In this document: positions 49,146-62,959 of the stretch, in pieces | How positions within the stretch are numbered: position 1 is the stretch's first letter | Layout of the letters: every line of letters starts with the position of its first letter | DNA from: Rhynchopus sp. YZ270_cl-10 | Lineage: Eukaryota | DNA length: 64,000 bases | Direction: 5' to 3' | Assembly (NCBI GenBank): GCA_964035575.1 | Contig: OZ037842.1 | Span: 372,001-436,000 of the forward strand | Made by a program: the position numbers and the translations under genes | The notes under the pieces: generated by a model | Seen by the model: only the letters and a program-made list of their open reading frames with translations | The model's database searches: none | Told to the model about the DNA's origin: nothing

Positions 49146-52100
49146 CTCAGAATATCCTTGTTGTGGTACACCGCGGGCTGCGACTGAGTCGTATTTGAGG
49201 GAACGGTCTTTGATACACTTTGCGTAGAAGACATAAAGGAGGAGACCTGCGAGGGCAAGCGCCACGAAGATGCCGATCATCTTGGTGACCCCTCCTGCTT
49301 GGGGGTCATCGAGGGCGGGGAGGACACGATGTGTTGGGGTAGGGGTGGTTATGCCATGGGTTGGGAAGAACTGCCGCCACCTCTCCCCCAGATGTGCCTG
49401 CGAGAGCTGTGACATCAACGCATCCAGCCGTCCTGGAACCGCAGAGGCAGTCGCGAGGTGCAACACCACCTCGATACCTCCTTCTCCTAATACCCCAGCA
49501 GTCGCAGTCATTGTCGTTTCCTTGGGCATATTGTCTCCCGCTATTTCGCGGATATGCGCGATAAAATCGTCGGTAAGAGGGTTAAATTCGCTAAGATGCA
49601 TATTCAAATAGAATTTTACAACAGTATTCGCACCAAGCGGGGTGAGTTCTACTGCATAGAGGTGGTCTACATCTTGGATTTTCGCGTAGGAAGCGTAAAA
49701 TGAGTCGACCGGGAAGGTCCCGCTGTCGTATTTAAAGGCGTCGCGGTGGAGGCCAACGAGCTTTGCTTTGGTTTCGTCTTTGATATTGTCGAATAGGGAG
49801 ATATCGGATATGCTGGCAACAGAATTTTCAAAGGCATCGCTTACCTTTAGGATGAGGGAGACCGCACCATGTCTTGGTCGGTTTGTTCTTATGTTAGGAT
49901 CGGTTGGAGATAACCCAATTTCAAGGTGAAATCCAGGCAAATCAGTATGCGTATCAACATGCAACCCCCGCACCGCCCCTTCAGCGAACCTCAACGCATC
50001 CACCACCTTAGGCGCAAACCCTTCTCCCAATGTGTCCCCCTTCTCAGGAAACCCTACCAACACCCCTGCCTCTACACTGTGCACCTTGGGGTCTGTGCAT
50101 GCCGTCACAGCAACATCCAACGCGCATCCAAAAAATAGAATACGATTTTCCGGACCGCCTGCACCAATAAGAGTCTTTCTGAAAAACCCAAAGAGAATAC
50201 CATCACTTCTGCGGGCACCTACATAATGGAAGGAAGGGTGTGCAAGAAGGGCGCCATATGCCCCAGAGTACAGCCCTGACGCTGCGAAGGAAGCGATAGG
50301 GATGGTGGTGTCGGTTGCACGGCGGAGCTCGAGGGAGGCGGTGTCGTAAAGCTCGAAGGAGCGGGCGAATTCGAGGGAACGTTCGATATGCATTTTGAGG
50401 TTTTTGGCGCGCGTTTCGGAGGAGAAAACGAGGAGTTCTCCGTAGTCACCTGCCACGTCTTCAACGTTGCCTGCCATGAGAACGTAGAGCGGTGTGTAGC
50501 CTTTGATGTAGGAGACGAAGATGCGGCCGTGGTCAATCATTTCTGTGCGTATGTCGCCAGCGAGGCGTGCAGAGGTTGTGGTGGTCTGGGTAGCGGCGAA
50601 CCTGCCTTGGATTGTGCCAAAGATGGAGTCCCCCGGTACGCCTAGGGTCGTAGAAGTGTCGCTGCAGGAGGTGGCGTGCAGATGATGTACAGTGTTGCGT
50701 TTGCTGAAGATGGCAGCGCAGTTCTTAGAGGCAAGTCGGTCGCGTGTGCGGGAAAATTCGGAAAGTTCGGAAGAAAGAGCATTAGTCCGCTTACCAACAC
50801 AAATATCCAACAAAACCGTCTCGCTGCCATCCAAGGCAGGCAGCTTCGCACCATACGCAACAAAGTCGTCGTCCAAAAAGGCATGTGCCCGCTTCTCCCC
50901 AAAGCCTTCGAAGAAGCACCCCGCAGCCTCCCCGATGTTCTCCCCAGTAACGGTTTCGATGGGCGCTCCGTCGCCTCGGTCGATGTCCAAACCGATCTCC
51001 GGTGTGCCAGAGATGGAGATGATGGGTGCATGCGGCGCCTTTCTGTACAGGGCAAAGGTCTCCTTGTCGGGGGTCGTGATCTCAATGCTCGAGATGCGTT
51101 CGTTGCGTTCAAACATGCGGGTAATCTGCGGGATGAGTGACGTCAGCACAGACCCTGCCTGCTTCACAGCAATGTTCGGCAGGCTGGGCACCACTGCAGT
51201 TGCCTCTGCTTTGAAAGCTCCGTGGAAAAGAGGCCAACCGACAGACACTGTGTTCGCAGTCGTATTCACAGCACCTCCACGGGTGAACACAGGCACCTCA
51301 CCCTGGTACAGTGTGAACTGGATGGGTGTCGCAGTCCGTGCAAACTCCCGCTCTGTCAGTTGGTGCTGCAGTTCATCGACGGTCACACCAATGGTCGCAA
51401 ACACTTCATACTCAGAGTGGTGCAAAATCACCCTTGTGTTGGAGAAGCCGTCAAACACACCGTAGTGGTCGAAGTACATACTCTCCTCAAAGGACTTCCC
51501 TGCCAAAGGCAGCGCGGAGTAGAGCTTCTTGAAGAGTGTGCCGTCGTTTGCACTGTAGACGCGTGTGTCAGAGGCTCCTGTTGAGCTTGCGTTGACGACC
51601 TCTAGTTGCTTGCATTTGGTCGGGTCTGCTGCCTCCACGTCTGCGCATGAGATGTGGTAGACAGCGAACTCAGATGGGTTGTGCACGCTGCGCTCGCGGT
51701 ACACTCCTACACGCCAGTTGTGGTTGGTTTCGAAGAAGGCGTAGGACGCAGTGCTCTTGAAGAGGAAGCGCTCAAGAAGCTTGATGGTGTTGTGCTGGTG
51801 CATCAGCATCGGCGCAAGACGTGTGGGGATGTGCTTGATGTCGAGGTTCGCGCTCTCCAGCGCCGCAAAGATGTACTCCAGGTTCGTGGCGGTCAGTTCG
51901 AACATATTGACGACAGACTTGCGCAGTGCCTCCTTGAGCACACCCTCGCAGTTGGTCGTGCGCACACAGCTGCTTTCCTTTGTCGCCGTCCCATTCACAT
52001 CAGCCCCTGCGGACACGATGATGTCCTCGGTTTCGATTGCCTGTGTGTATGCAGAGAAGACAAACAAATTGAACGGGATCTTGTTCACGTTGGACACCAT

Positions 52101-55100
52101 GTTGTGGTCTGCGTTGCGCTCTGCGAAGAGGAAGGGCAGTGCTGTGGCGGTAAGCGTCTTGTTGTAGCGGGGGTGCACACGCACCTTCGAGGGCGAGTAC
52201 AACGCGACGTCTGGGGACCGTGTGCGCTTGCGGTGTGCTTGGTACCTGCTTGAGACGGTGGTGCCGTCAGAGACGATGTCGCCACTGGAGTCAACGAGGG
52301 CTACGGAGACAGGCCCGGCGGTGGTGCCGAGGGCGAGGAGGGCCCTGTGCACAAGCCCGTCCAAGACACGGCCCGACTCAAAGGAGGCAGACACGTAGAA
52401 GCGCGGCACACCGTTGCGCTTGACACGGAAGAAAACTTCAAAACCAAAGCCCGTGCCGTTGAGACTGTCGCGCACGAACACATCCCACCCCTCCCTGCTC
52501 CGCTCCCGCAGCAACTCCTGCATCACAGGGTCTGTCGTCACCGCAGTCTGGAACCGTGCACTGTGCGACACTTCTGCCTTGTTCCCCGTCTCCAGAGAGT
52601 ACACACCAAGCGAATGGCACGCCCCTTGGATGCGCCGCAGCGACGTCGACAGTGCAGGGAACAGACGTTTGATGTTCGACTCGTCTTGAATCGACATTGC
52701 GAGAGGGCTTTTCGAGCGGCGTGGGATCAGTCCAATGAAGTCTACCCCAGCCAGGGGCGTGGAGACAAGAGAGAAGGCCTGGCCCTTGTAGCCGCAGGAG
52801 CTGCGGATGTGGCTCTGTTCGTATAGAAGCTTGCGTGCGCAGCGCTGTGTGATCTGCGTCTGTGTGTCGGCCGAGAGTGCGTCGCTGCTACTGAATTTGA
52901 TGACGTCAGAGGTGTCGCTGTTCACAACGAACATCTCACCTCCCACAGGTGCCTGCTGCACAAGCTCTGTCATGCCCGCATCAATAAGGTCCATCCCAAA
53001 GTCGAATTGGATGTAGTCAGGCGCCGTGCCCACATCCAACAGATCCTTGACAGCAGGCGCCCCGCCGCTCACCTTCATGCACACCCCATACTCGCCAGTG
53101 ATGCCAATGTTGCTCTGCACGCGGTTGCTCGGGGTGAATACATCCTCTGGTGAAAGCTGCAGGCGTTTGTGCAGAACCGAGAACCGCGGAAGCAGCGCAC
53201 CCACACCATCCTCACCTTCACAGCCCTCATCCCCGCAGGTGAAGAAGACGTGCCTTCCGTTGTGCCGGAGCACGCCAGCATAGCTGTGGTTTGTGTTGTT
53301 TGTGTAGATGAAGTGTTTCAGGTCCAGGATTTCGACCCTTTTGATGATCTGTTCGGGCGACATCAGGCTCACCACTGGCCAGGAAAGCTGCTTCCGCACG
53401 AACCAAGCACGCTTCGCACCCACCGCAAAGGTGTGCAGCTGGGTGTGGATCGCTGTGAGGAGAGCTCCGTACGGTGCCTGCTGCTCCTCCTTCTTGCACT
53501 GGCATTGGGCCACAGTGAAGCACCCCACGTCCCTGGGGGGCTCCCACTGCACCCAGTTGTGCGAATAGAGGTTCAACGACCATGAGTTGTGCCCGACGGC
53601 GGGAATTGCCACTGTGATTTCCTCCTGCCTTTTGTAGTTCTTTGCCCTGTCTGTCGTCGCCCAGTACGTCTTGCCGTGGTTCTTTAGTGCAATGCCAAAC
53701 TTGGACGAAGGCGAAATGCTGTGGAAAACCTCTGGTGACAGCTTCATTGCGAGGTGCCCACCCTTCGGAAGGGGACGGGTGATGTACACATAGCCCCCGT
53801 CATTGTCTGCCTTGAGCCAATGCACAGGGGACTCTGGGCTGTACTCTTCATCGGGAACCCATGTCTTGCCGTTGTGCGTCTGCCTCCGTGTGACTACAAA
53901 CCCGTCCTCCCCTGTGTGGCCTGCAATGAAGGACCGTCCAAAGCGGTGGTGGTGGCGGCGGCACGAGAGAATGTGCTTCCCGTCGTACCACCCCACCTCG
54001 GAGTCGGTGTACGGCTGTTCGTCTGCCTCGCAGAGGAAGGTCGGGTCTGGGGATGGCACGTCCCTGTCGTTGTCGATCACGTAGTTGTTCTCAACGATCT
54101 GTTGGTACAGAAGCTCGAGCTTTTGTTTGTACTGTGTCACTACTGCGTCGAGGGCGAGCTTCGCTGATGTCAATGCGAGATGGATTCCTTGAAACTTTTC
54201 GACGTCCTTTTCGCAGTCTACAGCACAGTTTTGCACCCCCGAGACAGGAATGTATGATGAAACGTGGGAGGCGGTGATAACAATGTTTGCAGACACTTTG
54301 ATGTACGACTGCTGCGAATCGGTTGCGACGTGGAGTTGGAAGCGTTCTGCACCGCCCGCTTCATGCTGGATGACACCAAGCTTGGCATCACGGTAGAGTT
54401 GGTTTTGCTGCCGGAACTTTGCGTTCGTTTCGTCACCTAGATCACGGAAGGCAATGTGGCAGATCTCTTGGGGCACCCCCGCTGTGAAGAAGCTTATTTG
54501 CACACCACTCAAGAGGTTCCCAGACCTCCGCAAAATAAAACCATCCGAGACAACAAACACCGCATCCCCTTCGACAACACGCACTGCTATCTTCAACACC
54601 ACACTACCACCAGGACGGTACACTCCAATATGCTTGCATGGGTGCGCTGCAGTCATATTCTCGATGCATCTGGTTTGGTAGATTTCTGTTGATAGGATCT
54701 CACCGTTTGCTTCAAAGGTTTTAAACGCGAAGTATCCTGACAACTGATGCGTCAGATCTGCGATAAATGTCATATGCTTTGCCGAGAGGATTTGGGCACG
54801 GATGGGCACGTCTTCTGACACGGAAAGGAGTTCTTGCATTCCAACCTTCACCTCTTGGCTTACGTGGGTGAGAGTTGTATCGAGAAGCCCCATCTCCGCT
54901 TGGTCCACCTTAACCCGACACGACGCCCAGGTCACGCAAGCATAGGTCGGGGCGACTGCAGGGTAGCTGTTCTCATGTAAATCCTTCTCCATGCTTCCCA
55001 CCACAAAGGAGAGGGGACCCCATTGGATCAGACGAAGGTCGAGTGAGCATTCATTGAGCGACGCTACCGCTGTGTCGTGGAGAAGTGCGTGAAGGAGGAC

Positions 55101-58100
55101 TGTGTCCTCGAGGGGCGCGACATCGCAGACAGTGTTGGTGACGACATGTGTTCCATCTGTTTTGAGGACAACCCCAGAGAAGGGTCCCAGGCAGTTGCTC
55201 TTAAGAGTGGCTTCATCGGCAAGAAGGGTCAACACCCCGGCATGTGTTTTCTTAAAGGCGGCGATGCTGCTGTCGTGGATTTCCCATTGTGTTTCCTTGC
55301 CAAGATGGGTTGGGATCGTGAAGCCCTGTCCCATCTGTTTGACAGCGCTGCTTGGTGTAGTGAAATTCCCGGTGGCGCTGCGATAGTAGACGCCACTGCT
55401 GTTGTGGAAGATTATCTCGCGGGAGGGGAGGGTGAGAAGAGAGTTGTCGCCGGAGGTGAATCTGATGGCAGAGAGGACGTTGCGTTTCTGCTCCATGAGT
55501 GCAATGATTTCGGTGATGATCGGGTTGTGTTCGTCGTAAGAAGAAGGGAACACAGTCACATCCCCATCAAACGCAACAGACAGCGCAGAATCCTCGATGG
55601 ACTTCAAAAAGTTGCGCGACCGCTGTTCAATGAAGTGCGCCTTCGTGGAGTACGTCAGCTCCTTGAGGCGGGCCACTTCTGCTTCGCAGAACCCTTGCTC
55701 CGCACAGATGTCATCATGCGCAAACCCAACATCAAAAGAGGTAATCACCGTCGGATCTGTGTTCGTCTTCTTAAACACCCCAACCAAGAGCCCCTTTGTA
55801 AACCCAAGGTACATATGAAAGTGTGCACCCATATAGGTAAAGTTGTGCTTCCCTAAATCATTACTGACCAACGAAATGTGTTTGTTGCGGAGCCACCTGC
55901 CGAGGGCGTTGCCGGCTTGGATGAAGAGTTTGCTTGCTTGGTCGCGGTTGGCTGCAATGATAGTTGGGACACGTCCATCGGTGACGGTGGCGACAATGAT
56001 GTTGGTTTCAATGGGGACCTGAAAGCTTCGAAGGAGATGCGTCAAAGTGTGCTGCGAATACCCATAGGAGGTAACGTTGAGTCCCGTAGAACGGTCGACG
56101 CGAGAGATGAAGAGTTCGGAGCGGCGCTTCATGTAGGACTCAAAGCCGTTTTTGTCGACCCCATCCTTTGCGTTGAACGGCGCGAAGTCTACTGTAGTAG
56201 GCACACCACGCGTTCCTTTCGACGTCACTGCATAGATCCTGCAGGTCCTGCCACGACATTCCAACATCGCAAAGTTCTGATAGTCAGCAGCAAACGACTC
56301 TCTCACAGTAAAGTCGGTGTACACATTGGACTTTCTAAACACAGCAATAAAATGCGACGATTGGTCGACCCCAATGCTCAACCCATCGATCTGAGAGTAC
56401 AACGACAGCTGCGCCACCATATACCGCCTCAGCCCGAACAGCTCCGACTCTGACCAGCTACGCACCGCGTCTTCATAGCGTGGGGTGAACTCATGGGTGG
56501 CCGCTGCGTGCACAATCTCATACGCCTCGCCTATCGAATCCATTACGTTCCACCACAACTGCGAGGACAGCTTCTCTGACCGAGCGCGGAGGTGCTCCCT
56601 GCACTCCAACGTCTCTAGGCAGGTCACCTCCGCTCTGTCATCAATGGTAAGGAACAACCACTGCACCCACGACGGGGTTGCAGAGGTCCCTGCCTTCCAC
56701 GACCTCCATGCAGGAGAAGTGTGTCGATACGCTAGACCTGAAATCGTTGTTTTGTGGTCCTCTCCGCTTGCGTGTGCAACCTTAGGGCGTTTTACCATCC
56801 ACGGCGCCGCTGCAAGCTTTGTGTATGAAGGGTTCACCGCTAAAAACCGCTTCGCAGCTTCCCTCGCCTCAAACGCGTCTAGCTTCTCAGAGGTGAAGAG
56901 CACCTCCCCTGCGTGGTCCACGACGAAGCTCTTGCCGCGGGTTTCTCTCATGACGTGGCGCTGTAGTGTCGTAAGGGAAACGCCAGCGACAAAGATGTAT
57001 TCAAGCACCCCGTCCTTCGCCTTGGGGCGTACTGCGGTGAGGACCTCGTGGCGGAAGATTTCGGTCGCCTCCGTCCAGGACCAGAGATGTTCCTGCTCGA
57101 CCACGCTGTGGTGTGCAAGCATGCCCGCTGCAAGGTGCAGAATCTCACGAACATGAGTGTTGTCGTGCAGCTCAGCGTTGGTCGCCTCCTCTGTGTACGG
57201 TGTTGCACCGTGGAAGTCAAATCCGTCGTCCTCTGTACGCACAAAGACGCCGCACCATGCTAGCGCAGGTTCTGCGCGGATCTCGTTGTAAGCATGCGCA
57301 GCATACTCTGTGACATTGTCGCTGAGTGCCCCAGCCTCGAGATAGGACTCAAACGCAAGAAGAACGCGTGGAGGCAGAGAGAGAATGGCGTTCGCTTCGT
57401 CGGTCATCCCGCGGAGGGTTTGGACGCGAGATTCGACAGCGATGTCTGCATCGATGCATGTATCGCAGGTTGTGTTATCACGGAGGACTGCAAGCCCATG
57501 AAGATTGTTCTTTGCACGTTGGTGGCGACTGCGAACAGTTGCAAGGATGAGAAATCTTGGCGAATGCCTCTGCTGTTGATGTCCACCACTAAAGGTCAGC
57601 ATTTTATAGTCCATGTCATACGTCTCGTTCTTATCTGTGGTGACAAAGAGCTCTGCACGGCGGAGGCTTGCGTCATTGATGAACTTCACCTTGTTGGCAA
57701 TCTCCTTGCGTGCTGCGACCACCACTGCACTGTCTGCCACTCCCTTGGGATGCGCCGCAACAAAATTCGCAGAACTATCCGCCAAAAACGACACCGTACC
57801 CAGTGGGTTCTCCCCTTGCAGGTGTGCCGATAACACTGTCGCATCCACCCCAACGTTCACCACGTAGTCGCTGTTTGCATCACGGTATAACAATGAAACG
57901 GACGGCACTTCCGCGAAAGAGTATACTACAGGGTTCAGCATGAACGCCCCTGGGAGGAGGCCTTCATATACCCCACTGTCGGGGGCCGCAAACTCACGAA
58001 CGGTGATGTGGATTTCCCCCTCGCGGAGATAGGCGACACCACTGCTTTCGTTGGGTCTGACTTCGTTGAAAACGATTCTTCCGGTGGGTTCGCGTTCGAC

Positions 58101-59756
58101 CCCGTGCAGACGTTTGGCCTTAGTGTCGTAGAAGTGGATGTGGGAGACTGTGGAGTAAACTGCTAGCTTGTCAAGAAGGTATTCAAAGGGAAGGTCTCGG
58201 GAGAGGGATGGGAGGTCCAGGGCGATGGAGCGAAGGCAACGTTCGACGGCGTGGATTGTGAAGGCCATGCTTTCTTCAATGAAGCGTGCTTGGGAGCTGC
58301 GCCAGAGGAGGATGTCGCCACCACGCATCGCATTGCATGAGGCCACGGTGGGGCATGGTTTGTGGCTGAAAGTGTCGCGCTTGGTGCGTGGTAGAAAGTC
58401 ATCACTCTGCGCGACAACGTGAACGACAGTCCATTTCAACCCAGTCAGATCGTCATCAATCAATTCCTCCACCGCTTTAACCTCTACATGATGCGTCGTA
58501 CCATCATATTCCATAGCAAAAGCACGACCCCTCTCCAACTCGCTTCTCTCCAAAACCTGCTCTTCAGGGTTTAAAATAGAAGGGAACGTCAAAATCGCTC
58601 TTTCCGCAACCTCCCGGAGTGTGGCGATACCGATGTCCTGGTATTCCAAGGGGTGTCCATCTTTGACCACGGAGAGTTGGTTTGAAGCTACAACTTGGCC
58701 TCGGCTGTTTAAGACGAAGACCGGGTTTTTGCCGTGCTGGTTGTTTTCAAATTGGTCGACATAAGTGTGTGATATTCCGTTCAAATAGAAGTCGATCCCG
58801 ATGACCAAACCTTTCTGTGAATGTGAGAGGTAGGACACACCGACCTGGTGTGCCTGCGGCGGGGAGAACGTGTAGAGTGGTGTCCACGTCGACTGCAGGG
58901 ACGATTCTTCGAGGGTGTTGTACCATACTGTGCTCTCCATGGACCAGGTCGTGTCCTCCTCCACCAGCTCGTGGCGAGGGACAGTGAAGAACTTCATCGA
59001 ATGCTGTGTTCCTTCAGTGTACAGCAGGTCCGACCGCCCAACGACGCGTTTGAAGCCAACAAACTTCTTGCGTGGAACGTCCACCGCATAGATCCAGTAG
59101 ATCTTGCTGTCCTCGAGAATTTTTTCGTGCAAATATTTCTTGGTCACATCGTCGTCAGCATCCTCAGAGATGATCGCATTCTTGAACGCAGTTTTGATGT
59201 CAAAAACGGTCTTCGTTGCCAACGAAAAGGGGTTGGTGAATGCGCGAGACAGCCGCTCCAGTTGAATTTTTTCGTATGATTCTTGGATTTTGGTTTTGCG
59301 GCAGGATTCGACACAGGCTGCTTTGGTTGTGTTGGTTTGCGCGTTGCGGTGGAAGATGCAGAAGTCTGTATCGATGACTGGCTCGTCTATGTCGAGATCG
59401 ATGCTGTTGAGGGTGTCCTCTACTAGTAGTTTGGAGACTTCACGACTGGCGGGGCCGAAGACGCTGTCGTGTATACTTTTGGAGATACGCTCTGCTTGCG
59501 CCTCATGTGCACGTGTCTTGATCGAGTCCACCTGCCCAGTGCAAAGCGTTGCAGGCACGCTCTCGCCTTGGCCGCAAGTGCCTTTCTCTGCCTCAACCCC
59601 TTGCAAGTCCAACGCCACACCCTCCATCTCCTGCAACACCTGTGCCCCAAATCCCACCCCACTCTCCGAGATATCCTGCACAACGTCGCTCAATTGCACT
59701 GCAGCGCATTGAGCCCAGAGGAGCACGACTGCGACAGCGGGGCGGCAGCGGATCAT
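49146..59756 (-). CDS. Giant type-I membrane protein (>3537 aa) with tandem degenerate Cache-like extracellular modules; last exon uncertain
   Basis: N-terminal signal peptide and a single TM (MIGIFVALALAGLLLYVFYA) near the C-terminus. The first module has dCache-type motifs WY..WTPLYTF..GVSY..VIGIDFYLNGIS..VFVLNSRGQVVAS..WTVVHVV. A phase-0 GTATG donor lies at 49145. Confidence 0.8.
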
Positions 59757-59897
59757 GGTCAGAATGTTTTGTAAACCTGGTGTGTTTTATATGAGAGAAA
59801 ATATGCATTGTGCCGTAAAGAAAAGTTCGGAGGCGGGAGTCATCTTTTTTGTTAAAACGTTTGCCAAATGGGGGGTTATTTTTTTGAAACATTAGCT

Positions 59898-61120
59898 TCA
59901 CGCAGATCTCGCATCCGGAAACATTTCATCGACGCTGTCCGATGCAAGCGCCGGTGAGATAGTCATCCCTCTGCCCGCAAGACAGGTCATGACCTTTACG
60001 TTGTCGCTGATATCATAGCTGAGGCGTTTGTTGTCCGGTGTGTTGCAGTACGTTGCGAGCCAGGTACGTTGCAGCTGCCACGACGGCAGGTCGAACACCT
60101 TCCTCGCCTCTTGCAGGAGCCTTTCCACTATCGCCGACTCTGTGTCAAAGCTGAGCGCACCCTCCCACACCTCCTCGGACTCATGGCTCCCTGCAATGAT
60201 CACACTCCCGCTCTCCGTCTGCTTAAACATGCAATGAATCCCATGACTCGTCAACCCCGGATCCTCCCTCGCCTTCACCCTTTCATACGAAGGCAACCCT
60301 TTGAACGCATCAAACCTACGGATCGACAGCCCACAGAACACAGGACCACTACTAGGCGAGATGCTGTACGATGGGTCCTGCGGAACAGTCTCGAGAACAT
60401 GCAGTTTGCTGACCTGTTTTAGAAGAATTTTTTTTCCCCCCTAACAATAGACAAAGAAAGCCATACCCTCATCCCCTTCTCCTTAAAGAGCTGTGGGTAC
60501 AACGTTGTGTCGTGCCCATTGCAGATCACGATCTTTTCAGCAGAGTACTCCTCACCTGTGTTTGTGAGCACACCTGCGGCACCCTGCATCGTTGCGGTCA
60601 TGATGACGTGTGTACCACCATGGTACTCCAAGCCTTTCCCCACTAGATACTCCGCTAGCCTATGCACCATGGTACGCGGGTCGAACACTGCTTCAGGCAC
60701 GGTCAACCCACCCACCGCATTTCGTACCCCTTGGAACTGCGCGCACTCTGCCCCCGAGAGCAGCTGAGCAGGGTACGGATTCTCCAACCGCCCCAACTTC
60801 TGTTGATACTCTTGTAATAGCTGTAGTTCTTCTTCATCAAACGCAAGAAACGCGGTATCAGCGGAAGTGATGAGCCCTGGAATATCCCGTTCAATTTGTT
60901 TATAAACTGCGTGAGAACGACGTCCCAACTCGCGATCAGCATCGCCCCAACCCGAAGGCATGACGCACCCAATATTGCGTACGCTAGCATCTTGCGGGCG
61001 GGTGTTCTTTTCAAAGATCTTTACACGAAGCCCTCTGCGAAGACCTTCGTACGCATGAAACAGGCCCAGCACCCCACCACCTACGATAATCAAATCTGCG
61101 CTGTGTTTGGCCTTTTGCAT
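59898..61120 (-). CDS. FAD-dependent oxidoreductase, TIGR03364-like (DAO superfamily), 389 aa
   Basis: Motifs IIVGGGVLG, ASVRNIGCVMPSG, VSKLHVLETVPQ, GLSIRRFDAF, GIHCMFKQ..GSVIIAGSHE and GRGMTISPALA. Exons 61120-60467 and 60413-59898 are joined by a 53-bp phase-0 GTATG..CAG intron. Confidence 0.88.
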
Positions 61121-62959
61121 TTTATTTTTGTGTATTTGGTGTGGCTGAAGAGGGGTGCTATTTTGTGCTATTTTGTGCTATTTTATGCGATTTGCTGCTA
61201 TTTTGGGGTAGTCTCGGTCGACCACAGTATTTCTATTTAAATTCGTTAGAGAGGGTTAGGGTGAAATAAATAGAATGGTTAGAAGGGGGCTTTTGTCTAT
61301 TTCATTCAAAAAACGAAAAAACCATACTGAAAGAGGGAAGTCTTGATAGTGCAAAACGCCTCATTCATCGATCACACTCTTATAGGCGGACGCAAGGCAC
61401 TGAAGAAAAAAAGAAAAAGAAAAGAAAGAATTGAAGGATGAGTGGACAGCACGCAGTCGTTTCAAGTTCAACTAATCAAAAAGGGGGCAGGGGAGAGGGG
61501 GGCATGGTCATTTGAGGCCATACTTCCCATTTCTGTGGTGAAGTGCTGACACCTCAATGGATGCGGGCAACAGCAACAACAACAGGGAGGTGTCGTTTTA
61601 AAATATATAAAAAAGTATATGGCAATAGCAAGAACGGGTGTGGAGAAAGAAAAATCGGAAAGTGTGATACTAAGCCTCTGATGGTGTATATTATTTGTTT
61701 TTGTTTTTTTTTTTTTTTTTGCCATTCTTGGCTAAGCAAAGAAGAGGAATCTGCAGTGCCCGTGAGGGAGAGTGACGCTCACCAAATTGCTACCAAATGG
61801 TAGTTGGTCCTATCCATGTGAAGAAAGAAAAAATTCACCCGGATCTCTAAAAATTGAAAAAGGTACAGCCTCCGCTCAGTAACCTTCGATATAAAAGAGA
61901 AAATACAATACCAGCCACGGCTTTTCTTGTGAATATGGTGCTATACGGGGGGCGAGGTTTCACATCCACATAGTCACTTTTCACACCCACATAGCTGTGA
62001 AAAGTTGTGAAACCAGAATAGCACCAGAATAGGTAACTAGATGAATCAGGAAAGGGAAAAGGAAAGGGAAAGGGACAGGCAACGGAAGAAAGAACGTTTG
62101 AAAGATGCAAACTGGGTCAACAGAACAACAAAAAATCCCCGCACCCAGAATACAGTGCTGTGAAGCTTGCAGTATCAATGAATATGAAAACCAAATAAAG
62201 CAAAAGAAAAACTAACACAACTACGCATAACGCAAAAAAGCATCAAAAAAGAAGACGAAAGGTGGAAAGATGAATGTGCGTCTCACGCACACATCTTGGA
62301 GAACGAAAGGTTGGGAATATTTTCTTCCACTGAACCGGAGGCTGAGAAAAAATAATCTTACGCAGACACATTTGCATTTTTTTTTTCCCACTACGGAATG
62401 ATGCATTTTATTTTAGTTTATTTTGTGTCGGCACAGAACAGATCGTTAAATATATCGGACCTTACCCCGCTGTAACAAGAGTTTGCATGGGTTTGTGTCC
62501 TTCTCGTTAGATTTCTTTTTTTTTTTTTTTCTCACTGTAACCTCCCACGAGGTGTGACGCTGACTCCCGGTAATTTTCGGCAGCCGCGCTAATGAATTGA
62601 TTTTTTTTTTAGTGACCAAACAATCAGAGAGATAGCGCTGTCCTGACTTGCTATGTGTCACCCGTGTCTCACAATAAATGATTAAGATATTCTTTTCAAT
62701 CGAAAGATGGAGTTTTGTCCACCACAATAAAAAAAAAACACTGCAGTGCCGTACGTTTGCCTCCCTTTTGAAAAAGATACTAGAGACCCGATATCTTTGA
62801 AGGCGGGCTTGTGGCAGTGGTACTGTACTGTATGCAGGAGGTTTAGTTTCGTTTTATAGATATACTTTTTTGTGTCAATATCAAGGAAATAATGACGCAT
62901 ACGGAAGCAGGGGTGCTGCATTTCGCATAAAGGAGGAAACAAGAAGGTGCAAGATTATT

